Source: a virus (lineage: Duplodnaviria > Caudoviricetes). Taken from it: DNA of 54,628 nucleotides. Of this stretch, positions 35,328-43,470 are shown in pieces. The notes below the pieces were generated by a model. That model was given only the letters and a program-made list of their open reading frames with translations, was not told the origin of the DNA and did no database searches. The translations under genes and the position numbers were made by a program. The DNA lies in the IMG/VR virus record IMGVR_UViG_3300009111_000007, positions 1 to 54,628 of that record, one strand, 5' to 3'. Every line of letters begins with the position of its first letter. The first letter of the stretch is position 1.

Positions 35328-35958
35328 GGTGTCCTCAGCAAGGGGCCTAAATGTAGCGCCAGTCGCGCAACCATTGACGCCAGTCGGCGCCAGGCTCATC
35401 AGCGCGGATCTCGAGGGATTGTGCTCGACTTTCGGCGATCTCGATCTCGCGTAGCAAAATGGAGTTGTCTGCCTGGCGCTGCGCGGCATTCAGGCAGGCA
35501 AAAGCTCGGATGAGGAGCGCGATCTTGCGCGGCTCGCGGGAGCTGCGCATTTGGTCGCGAATTTCGTCAGCAGTGACGGGATGCATGGGGCCTCTACTCG
35601 GGGTTGGAGGTGGAAATGGACTGCTCAAGGAACTGGCGGATCGCGTGAGCCTTGCGATCGTTGGGTGTCTTGCCGTACCCGCGGATCGTCTTCCATGTGG
35701 AGGGATCTGGACGGCTCCGGCCGGCGGCATCGTCTCGCAGGTGTTCGAAGCGAGCCTCACTCCTTGGTAACGAGCGATCTGCGCCCAGATCTCCCGCTCG
35801 CTTGCATCGTAGCCGGAATCGTAGAAGCCAGGACGTGCGGGCGGAGTCCGGTAGAATTCGCACCCGGAAACGCGGCGCAGGAAGCCGAGCAGGTTGGCCG
35901 CTTGCGGCTGGCCTTCAATCTGGCGGTAGATGGTGCTGAGTGGGGGTCATGAGAGTTC

Positions 35959-36276
35959 TCAGGCGATAGGTGAAACGACGAGGCCAGCGGCAACGCGGCT
36001 GGCCTTGCGTGCGACCTTGGCCATATCCATAGCTTCCGACCGAGTGACACAGACATGGACGCGCGTTCCATCCTTCAGGCCGCCACTCACCCAGCTCGAG
36101 CCATCCCAGTTCCACCCCAGCTTCTTGACGAGCGCTAGCATGGCGGCTCGGTGGTTTTGATCGGGATCGAGCCCATAATTCCAGCCCACGGTCAGCTTGC
36201 CGCCATCGCACTCGGCCTTGATCCTGGATCCGCGGTAATTGGTGGCAGGCATGTACTTCGTCTGAATGGCTTGCAT
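35959..36276 (-). CDS. Conserved phage protein ('QAIQTKY..ATN.RGSRIKA' family)
   Basis: AGGAG RBS directly downstream of promoter copy 3. Confidence 0.75.
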   Translation of the reverse strand: MQAIQTKYMPATNYRGSRIKAECDGGKLTVGWNYGLDPDQNHRAAMLALVKKLGWNWDGSSWVSGGLKDGTRVHVCVTRSEAMDMAKVARKASRVAAGLVVSPIA

Positions 36277-36293
36277 TTTGCTCTCCTGGTGTG

Positions 36294-36339
36294 CTGCGTT
36301 GGTGAGGTAAAGGTAGCGAGTGTCGCGACCTTTGTCAAG
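36294..36339 (-). promoter_or_regulatory. Repeated early promoter/operator cassette, copy 3
   Basis: TTGACA-N17-TACCTT; 31 bp identical to copy 1. Confidence 0.85.
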
Positions 36340-36642
36340 ATGCGATCGAGGTTTTAAGGGCCTCGGCTCGGAGGACTTCGCCGTCCATGACGGTGCACCA
36401 CATTTGCCGGTAGGCAGTTTGGTAGACGTGGTTGGCAGTCCCTCGGGTGAGCGGCGGGCAGTCCGGGTAGGCCGCTGCCTCAAGCTGCCAGTCGCCAGCG
36501 ACGAAGCGCACCCTCAAGCCGTAGGTGAGCTCGCGCTGCGCCTTCGTGCGCGTGGCCCAAGCGCAGTAGCGCAGGACGAATTCGAAGCGGTCGAGCGTCC
36601 GCGCCAGGGTGGGGATGTCAAGGGCTGCTGGGGTTATGGCCT

Positions 36643-37053
36643 TTAGGTGGTCGGGGTGGCCAACGCCCGTTCGAGGATCAGCCGGGCGTGGGTTGACGTG
36701 GTGTTGCCGGCGGCGTCGGCCTCGGACAGCAGCCGGGCGTGATGCTTTGGCGCCAGGCTGATCGTGATGCGAGGCGACCTTCCTTCCGTGGAAAGGGCTC
36801 CGCCCCGCGGTCCGATAGCGCCAGCTCGCCGGGAAGCGCGCCTGCCGCGATAGTAGTGAGCGGCGCAACGCCTCTTTGCTACCGATGGCCGGCCGCAGAA
36901 ACCCTCCTGAGTCGGGGCCTCACAGGGTACGAGCTTGGTCACTTGGACGCCGAGCGACCTGGCGTCGGTAGCGCACGCGGCACAGAGCGGCTGCTTGGTG
37001 TCTGTACGGTAGTAGGTGACCTCGGCCTGACCGCATCCACAGATGTCTTTCAT
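36643..37053 (-). CDS. Zinc-finger plus C-terminal ribbon-helix-helix protein
   Basis: Multiple Cys motifs including 'CAAHY'; 'RITISLAPKHHARLLSEADAAGNTTSTHARLIL'; AAGGAG RBS. Confidence 0.6.
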   Translation of the reverse strand: MKDICGCGQAEVTYYRTDTKQPLCAACATDARSLGVQVTKLVPCEAPTQEGFCGRPSVAKRRCAAHYYRGRRASRRAGAIGPRGGALSTEGRSPRITISLAPKHHARLLSEADAAGNTTSTHARLILERALATPTT

Positions 37054-37415
37054 GTAGTCTCCTTACGAGGGTCGGTTACAAAACAGCCGCACAGACCGGA
37101 TTGGTACCGACTGGTCTGCCAATCGAGTTGTTGAGGTGGGATGTGTACTTGCCGCAGGGGCTTGCCGCGATAGGTGCCATCATCGACGGAGCGCGTACCC
37201 ATGCCGTCATACGACGGTGGAGCCACGGTCCAGCGGACCGGCCAGGTGGCGGCAACGGCATCAGCCCGGCCGGCTACGGCAGTCTCGCAGTCGGCCTTGA
37301 GTATCGCAAGGTCGCCTTCGTAGTCCATAATGTAATCAGCGACCTCGGGGTTGTTCGCGAACGCCTCAACTGTCGTGTAGGTGGCGGCCAGGGCAACGAT
37401 TTCAGCGCGTGTCAT
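37050..37415 (-). CDS. Hypothetical early protein
   Basis: TGATG coupling; 'WQTSRYQSGL'. Confidence 0.55.
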   Translation of the reverse strand: MTRAEIVALAATYTTVEAFANNPEVADYIMDYEGDLAILKADCETAVAGRADAVAATWPVRWTVAPPSYDGMGTRSVDDGTYRGKPLRQVHIPPQQLDWQTSRYQSGLCGCFVTDPRKETT

Positions 37416-37636
37416 CACCACTCCGGGCAGTGCACCATCTGTGAGGGGGACACGATCTGCCAAACGCCGCGATCGTCGTAGTACATCGGCACCCACTTGC
37501 CATCCTCGGGGCCACCACACGTCTGGTGGGCAAACCCGGAAATTGCATGCTGGTGTAGCCACCGCTGAACTTCCTGCGCGGTCGAAAATGAGATGTTTGA
37601 GTCCATGGGCTTGTCAAGGTTGAGGTAGGTAGGCAT
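37415..37636 (-). CDS. Hypothetical early protein
   Basis: TGATG coupling at both ends. Confidence 0.5.
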   Translation of the reverse strand: MPTYLNLDKPMDSNISFSTAQEVQRWLHQHAISGFAHQTCGGPEDGKWVPMYYDDRGVWQIVSPSQMVHCPEW

Positions 37637-38186
37637 CAGCGCACCTTCATGTAAAAATGAACTCCCCGGATCTCCGAGACGAGCTCGGCGGAGAGCTCGC
37701 CGTAGAGGAGGGACTCGAGCAGCGAGATGGCCAGGTACAACGCTCGGATCTCCGTCAGGCAGCAGGCCGACCAGAAGTCGGCGAGGTGGGACTGGAGGAC
37801 GGTAAGATTGGAGGTCATTGTGATGGTCCTAGGGCAGTGCTACCGGTGTTGTCTTGCCTTGCTGTAGTCAGGATGGCCGATGCCCACGCTGTAGGCCAGG
37901 GACCGAAGAGCTCGATCCGAGGCGGCCTGAAAGTCGCACTTTCGTGTTCATGGTGGGCTCCTGATGTGCGAAAATGGGGGAAAAATTAGTCGGTGAAGGG
38001 GTGGACAAGCTTGGCGCGGTGCAGCAGTTCGGCTCCGATGGCGTCAAGCATCTCGATGCGGCCCCACACGTCATCATCATCCCGGCCAACGGCAATGGCG
38101 GCCAGGATTTCGGCGGTGAGGACGGCGCGGACGCGGAGCAGCTCTTCGTCGGTGTGAGCGGCAACCGCCGAGCGAACGGGGGACAT

Positions 38187-38402
38187 CTAGATGCCCTCGC
38201 GCGCAGCGGTGGCAAGTCGACCGGCCTTGCCGATGCCCACCCAGTCACCAGGATCGTCGGCGGTGCCAGCGTCGTACCGCTGGATCCGGTAGCTTTCCGC
38301 CCACGGGAACGAACGCTCGGCGAGCAGTGCGCGCTTGACGGCCTCGTAGGACGAGTAGGTGCTCGACACTTGCCCGTTGGCGTAGTTGATTCGGTAGGTC
38401 AT
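38187..38402 (-). CDS. Hypothetical early protein
   Basis: TAATG coupling; 'MTYRINYANGQVS'. Confidence 0.55.
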   Translation of the reverse strand: MTYRINYANGQVSSTYSSYEAVKRALLAERSFPWAESYRIQRYDAGTADDPGDWVGIGKAGRLATAAREGI

Positions 38403-38617
38403 TACCAGTCTCCGTAGGTGCAAATGGGGCCGCACCCGGTGACGGTACAGTCGTGGGTGCGCAGGGCCTGGCGCAGGATCTGTGCTTGCTCGGCCTGACT
38501 CCGCCCATAGCCCTGCCGCGCGGGGGCACCGGCGGCCAGCTCTTCGCAGCGCGGGCATCCCGGGGTCAGTCGGCCAAACTTTGGTCCTCCGCAGGTGTGC
38601 TTGGTGTGGGTGGTCAT
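38402..38617 (-). CDS. Small Cys/His-rich phage protein
   Basis: GGGAG RBS; 'HTCGGPKFGRLTPGCPRC...HDC...CGPICTYGDW'; first gene after the leftward promoter. Confidence 0.7.
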   Translation of the reverse strand: MTTHTKHTCGGPKFGRLTPGCPRCEELAAGAPARQGYGRSQAEQAQILRQALRTHDCTVTGCGPICTYGDW

Positions 38618-38721
38618 CGTAATGCTCCCGGTAAGTGCTGCGTTTCGGTCGTCCTCAGGCTCAGAAGCCCTCGCGCCTTCCCGCCCTCCTTGCCCGCCCG
38701 TCCGACCGTCCAACACCAGCG

Positions 38722-38750
38722 AGACTATACAATGTGCGGCGAGGTGTCAA
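38722..38750 (-). promoter_or_regulatory. Leftward sigma70 promoter heading the early region
   Basis: TTGACA-N17-TAGTCT. Confidence 0.75.
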
Positions 38751-38792
38751 GCGATTGGAGTTCTTTTCTTCCGCCGAAAGCCTCAGAGGATC

Positions 38793-38821
38793 TTGAGAAA
38801 GCGAGCGAGCGCTGGTATGGT
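38793..38821 (+). promoter_or_regulatory. Rightward sigma70 promoter for terS
   Basis: TTGAGA-N17-TATGGT with an extended -10 TG. Confidence 0.6.
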
Positions 38822-38834
38822 TTTTGCCCAGGTC

Positions 38835-39326
38835 ATGGCCAGGAAAAGCGCAGCAGAAGTAGAGGTGGAGCCAAGCTTGAGCGCAGGTGATGCCAAGGCG
38901 CAGACGGTGGAACTGTTGGAGGGGCTCACTCCCAAGATGCGCCGATTTGCCCAGGAGTGCGTGGCGAACGGCGGGAACGGGACGGCAGCGGCAAGAGCAG
39001 CCGGGTACGCGTCCGGCAGCGCAGAAGGCACGGCCAGCCGCCTTCGTCGCGACCCTCGAATCGCGGCCTACCTCGCCGCCTCAGAGCGCGAGCTGGCTGC
39101 GCGGGTGGAGGTGGACGCTCAGATGGTGCTCAAGGGGCTCGTGGAGGTGGCGACCGATCCGGACCACCGAGACCGCGTCAAGGCCCTCGTGGCGCTGGGC
39201 AAGGTGCGAGGAGTGAACCTGTTCGAGGACCACGTGAAGATGGAGGGTGGGCAGGCAGTGCAGATCATCGTCGGCAGCTTTGCCGGTGTGGTGACCGGCG
39301 GCAAATCGGGAGGGGAGAAGCCATGA
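38835..39326 (+). CDS. terS: Terminase small subunit
   Basis: 'LTPKMRRFAQE...NGTAAARAAGY...ASRLRRDPRI' and 'RVKALVALGK'. Confidence 0.88.
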   Translation: MARKSAAEVEVEPSLSAGDAKAQTVELLEGLTPKMRRFAQECVANGGNGTAAARAAGYASGSAEGTASRLRRDPRIAAYLAASERELAARVEVDAQMVLKGLVEVATDPDHRDRVKALVALGKVRGVNLFEDHVKMEGGQAVQIIVGSFAGVVTGGKSGGEKP

Positions 39327-40570
39327 AGGAAACGAGAGAACAGCGGCTGGTTAGGTTGGAGGTTGCGGCAGGCGAGACGGACGAAGGTGAGGGAGGGCCG
39401 GAGCATGTGTGAGCGCGAGCAATCCGCCCTCGCGCCACTCGGGGCAGGTGCGCCTCGAGCCCGGGCCGATAACACACATTATGTCAACTCGGGCAGTTCG
39501 GCACGAAAGGGGCTTGACAATGTGCCGCAGAGCGAGTAGTAGTATTCTCCATCAAAGCACAACTCGCGGGTGCGGCTCGTGAGCTGCCGCCCCGATGGCC
39601 TCCCGCGGGCCACCTGCGCCAGCGAGGTGCAGCCTGAGCCCACGCCTGGCGCCGCCGGCCCCCCGCCCCATGATCCCCCCACCCCGGGGCAGGTGGAACA
39701 AGTACCCGTGCACGGGCAGCAAGCCCCGTCATCCCCTCTCCTCAACCCCTCGGTCTTCGGGGCCTCGCCCGCCGAAGCTACGACGCCATGCTCAGGCTGC
39801 GGCTGGGAGTACCTCGTGCTTGACCAACCGGCCGCACCCCGACCGTCCGCGCACGAGGCGCTTCAGCGGGGCTTGCCGGTGTGGGCGGCGCTCTACGCGA
39901 CGACTTTCGAGCGCAGCCGGGATCATGCAACGGCGGACCAGGAGGCCTGGCGTGGCTACCTGAAGCTGTGCGAACTGGCCCTCAAGCACGCCAGCCGACC
40001 GTGCGGCCCTGTGCAGCCCAGCCCCTTCGTCCATCTCGTCGCGGGGCCGCCATGACCCTCCCCGAGCTCTCCGACTTGCTGCTCGCCAGCGACCTGCCTC
40101 GAGGCCGCCGCGTCCACGTCTTTGCCCTCACCCCGGGCACCTTCGAGCTCCTGGCGCTCGACGTCCGCAAGCGCTGCCCAGAAACCGCCGACAGCCCGCC
40201 CTTCGCAAGCATCACCATCACCGCAGCGCCGGGCCTCGACGTGCGCCTCATCCCCGCGGAGCCCCAATGACCACCCATGGCGCCGAGCTCGCCGCGCGCG
40301 CACGCTGCGTACAAGCGGGAGATCATGAGGGTGCAATTCCCGACATCCGGTGTCAATATGACATGGATGTCATAGTCCAACATGGCCTAACCGTTGAGGA
40401 TTTTCAGAAATGCAATGTGCCGACCTACATGTAGGCCAACGGCGCCAAACTCCGGAAGCGGCACTTTGTCGCTCGTGGTCCACGCGACAGATGGCAGCAG
40501 AATCGACTCGGCGCGTCATGCTGTTTGAGCGCGAGGCCGGCGCCTCTGGCCACTTTGACCCCGAGGCCTC

Positions 40571-40849
40571 ATGAAATGCCATCTCGGCATCAAGAAGCTT
40601 CGTCGCATCGCGACGCTCACGGGCAAATCCGTTTCGCACGCCTACGTGCGGGGCGGATGGCGGCATTACCTTGCGGAGACCTGGTTCATGGACGGCACCG
40701 TGGAAATGGTGAACTACCGCTCTGGCGAACGCGAGCCCGTTCTGCAGTGCGCCAGTCCCTGGTGGAATGGCGGTTCGCCGCCGGACCCCACTACCGCCAT
40801 TCATCCCTCGGCGGCGTCCGCCCGCGCATCCATCGGGAGCGCCGCTTGA
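40571..40849 (+). CDS. Hypothetical protein
   Basis: GAGG RBS; protein-like composition. Confidence 0.5.
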   Translation: MKCHLGIKKLRRIATLTGKSVSHAYVRGGWRHYLAETWFMDGTVEMVNYRSGEREPVLQCASPWWNGGSPPDPTTAIHPSAASARASIGSAA

Positions 40850-40851
40850 CC

Positions 40852-41580
40852 ATGACGCCGCCTCGCTGTCCGAAGCTCATCTTTGCGCTCACCGAGTGCG
40901 CCATCGAGGTTTGGGCTCGCCCCAGGGGACTCAGGCCCAGCGACGTGGTGCACGTGCTGACAGACCCTCACCGCCATCTGCGCGGGCGAAACTTCACCAC
41001 CGCCGACCTGGTCCACCTGAATCGGGCCTCCGAGCACCCCAACTTCAAAGAGGCGGTGTCGTTTCTGGGCAACATTCCTCTGGCCGAGCCCTCCACCTGC
41101 CGACTACCGGGAGACCCCATGAGCAGCCGCCCTGCCAAGAAGCAACTTCTCCGCGAGCTGCGCGCCCAGCACGACGTCCGACCGAGCCTCACGCACGACG
41201 CCTGGACCTGCACCCGCGGATGGGCGCTGACCGAGATGGAGGCCGCGGAGGCAGGAAGGCACGGCTTCTTCTGGCTCAAACAGGCACACTTCGACGGCGC
41301 CCTATCCAAGCTCCGGCGAGTGAAGAGCAAGCGCCACGCCGCGCTGAGACGGACCGGGGCGTGGCCCGACGCCTGCGACGGCTGCGCGAAGGCGCGCGCC
41401 GAGGTGCACCCCAACTTTCAGTTCATTCACACCCCCTGCGGTCATCTCATGGCCTGCGAGTCCCACCTCGCGGCCTGCATCGGCGAGACCCCCGGCTTCA
41501 TATCGCTTGACCGTACTCTTGCCGAGTATGGCCGCGCCAAACTCGCCGCCATGACCGCCAACACGGAGAGGCGCCCATGA
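40852..41580 (+). CDS. Hypothetical protein with RING-like Cys/His C-terminus (may be two fused ORFs)
   Basis: 'CDGC...PCGHLMACESH'; internal GGAG before 'MSSRPAKK'. Confidence 0.5.
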   Translation: MTPPRCPKLIFALTECAIEVWARPRGLRPSDVVHVLTDPHRHLRGRNFTTADLVHLNRASEHPNFKEAVSFLGNIPLAEPSTCRLPGDPMSSRPAKKQLLRELRAQHDVRPSLTHDAWTCTRGWALTEMEAAEAGRHGFFWLKQAHFDGALSKLRRVKSKRHAALRRTGAWPDACDGCAKARAEVHPNFQFIHTPCGHLMACESHLAACIGETPGFISLDRTLAEYGRAKLAAMTANTERRP

Positions 41581-41767
41581 CATCTCCCGCCGGCCTACCG
41601 CCAGCGCTCCGCCAGCGCCTCCAGGAGCGCCTGCGAGAGATGAGGCGCCAGCCCGCCGCTTCGTCGCCCCCGGTCAAGCCCCGCCGCGCCTGCGAGCCCT
41701 GCGGCACGTCTACCACCGAGGCCCGCTGCCCAGGATGCGGATGCTCGACCAAAGAGGACACCACCTG

Positions 41768-41980
41768 ATGCCCAAGTTCACCAGCGAGAAACAGCGCGGC
41801 GCCTTTGTCGCTGCCGCCTCAAACCCGGCCGTGGCCAAGCGTCTCGGCATCCCCCAGGCCGTTGCCCGGCGCGCGATGGCCGAAGACCGAGGCGGCAAAC
41901 TGCCGGCTCGAGCCCCCAGCGCTATTGCTCGAGAGCGGGCAGAACTTCTCCGCCGCAGGGGGACCCAGGACACCGCCTGA
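41768..41980 (+). CDS. Small conserved basic phage protein preceding terL
   Basis: 'SEKQRGAFVAAASNPAVAKRLGIPQAVA'; TGATG coupling at both ends. Confidence 0.65.
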   Translation: MPKFTSEKQRGAFVAAASNPAVAKRLGIPQAVARRAMAEDRGGKLPARAPSAIARERAELLRRRGTQDTA

Positions 41981-43470
41981 TGCCCTTTGGCCGCAAACAA
42001 GAGCCGGAGCCGATCCGGATTCGGTTGCCGAACTACACGCCCCGAGCCTACCAGCTCGGGCCTTACGACTTCCTCGACAGCGGGGCAGAGGGTCGGACGC
42101 CGGGCGGCTCCCGCGTCATCACCGTCTGGCACCGCCGCGGAGGCAAGGACCTCGCCGCCGGACACTACTGCGCCTACGCCGGAAGTAAGTGGGTGGGGGC
42201 CTACTACCACCTCTTCCCCACCGCCGAGCAGGGGCGCAAGGCGCTCTGGACCGACTTCACCGCGGACGGCGTCCGCAAGATGGAGATGATGTTCCCCCGC
42301 GCCATCCGCAGGCACCCGGAGGAATTCAGCCCCCAGGCTGAGATGATCGTTGAAATGGTAACGGGTAGCACCTACCGCATCCTGGGCGCCGACAAAATCG
42401 ACAACGTGGGCGCCGGCCCTCTCGGCATCGTCCTCTCCGAGTACAGCCTGATGAAGCCTACCGTCTGGCCTCTGCTTTCGCCCATGTTGCGCGAGCCAGG
42501 CCCAGGCGGCCGGCCCCGCTGGGCTTGGTTCAACTTCACGCCCCGCGGTCGGAACCACGCCTGGGAGTTGTTTCAGAAGAACGGCCCCGCCAACGGCTGG
42601 TACAAGGATGTCCGCACCGTCCTGGACACCGGCCTGCTCTATGGGTCGAGCCAGTACCCTGGCAAGCTCGTCACGCCAGCCGAAATGATGGCCGAAGAAC
42701 GCGCGGACGGGATGCCATCGGCGCTCGTTGACCAGGAGTACCTCTGCGACTTCAGCGCCGCGAACATCGGCGCCATTTGGGGGGAGGAGCTCGCCGCGCT
42801 GGAGAAGGAAGGGCGCGTTTGTGAGTTCGAGCACGGCCGAGACGACATCTTCGCGAACGTGGACATCGGCCACCGCGACGCCTGCGCCATCTGGCTGTGG
42901 ACGCCGAACGAATACGGCGGCTTGGACTTCCTCCAACACCACGAGTTCACCCGCGGCCATGCCGATGATCTTTGCCGGTGGCTCGCGGCGCAGCGCGAAA
43001 ACATGGGGTGGCGGTATGCCGCCATCAGCCTGCCGCACGACGCTCGCTCCCATCACTTCAACTCCGCGGTTTCGACGCTTGAGGTGGTCTTCGAGGCCTT
43101 CCCAGGCCTCGTGCGCATGACCCCCAACATCCCCCGGGACGATGGGTTACGGGCCGGCCGCCGCCTCTTGAAGCTCAAGACGCGCTTTCACCCGCGCTGC
43201 GCTCCCGGCTTGGCAGCTCTGCGCCACTACCACCGAGGCTGGGATGCCGACAAGAAGGTATTCACGGATGAGCCGGTCCACGATTGGAGCTCCAACAGCG
43301 CGGACGCCTTCCGCTACGCCGCGGTGGACCACGAGCACGCTCGTCAGGAGATCCAGTCTCGCCGCACCAAGAGGGCGGACTCCGCCAGGGTGTCCAACAA
43401 ACCCACCGGCGTGGGCACGTTGATGGAAATGTTCCAGGACAGGGAGGAGCAGCGACAATGGATGAACTGA
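41980..43470 (+). CDS. terL: Terminase large subunit
   Basis: Walker A 'WHRRGGKD', Walker B 'IVLSE', 'FTPRGRNH', nuclease 'VDIG', 'LPHDA', 'PVHDWSSNSADAFRY'. Confidence 0.95.
   Translation: MPFGRKQEPEPIRIRLPNYTPRAYQLGPYDFLDSGAEGRTPGGSRVITVWHRRGGKDLAAGHYCAYAGSKWVGAYYHLFPTAEQGRKALWTDFTADGVRKMEMMFPRAIRRHPEEFSPQAEMIVEMVTGSTYRILGADKIDNVGAGPLGIVLSEYSLMKPTVWPLLSPMLREPGPGGRPRWAWFNFTPRGRNHAWELFQKNGPANGWYKDVRTVLDTGLLYGSSQYPGKLVTPAEMMAEERADGMPSALVDQEYLCDFSAANIGAIWGEELAALEKEGRVCEFEHGRDDIFANVDIGHRDACAIWLWTPNEYGGLDFLQHHEFTRGHADDLCRWLAAQRENMGWRYAAISLPHDARSHHFNSAVSTLEVVFEAFPGLVRMTPNIPRDDGLRAGRRLLKLKTRFHPRCAPGLAALRHYHRGWDADKKVFTDEPVHDWSSNSADAFRYAAVDHEHARQEIQSRRTKRADSARVSNKPTGVGTLMEMFQDREEQRQWMN

Noticed and set aside
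33090-36339. Three ~47-bp repeats as a CRISPR array or att sites
   Set aside because: They are 1.4-1.8 kb apart and each contains a -35/-10 pair followed by an RBS, so promoters explain them.
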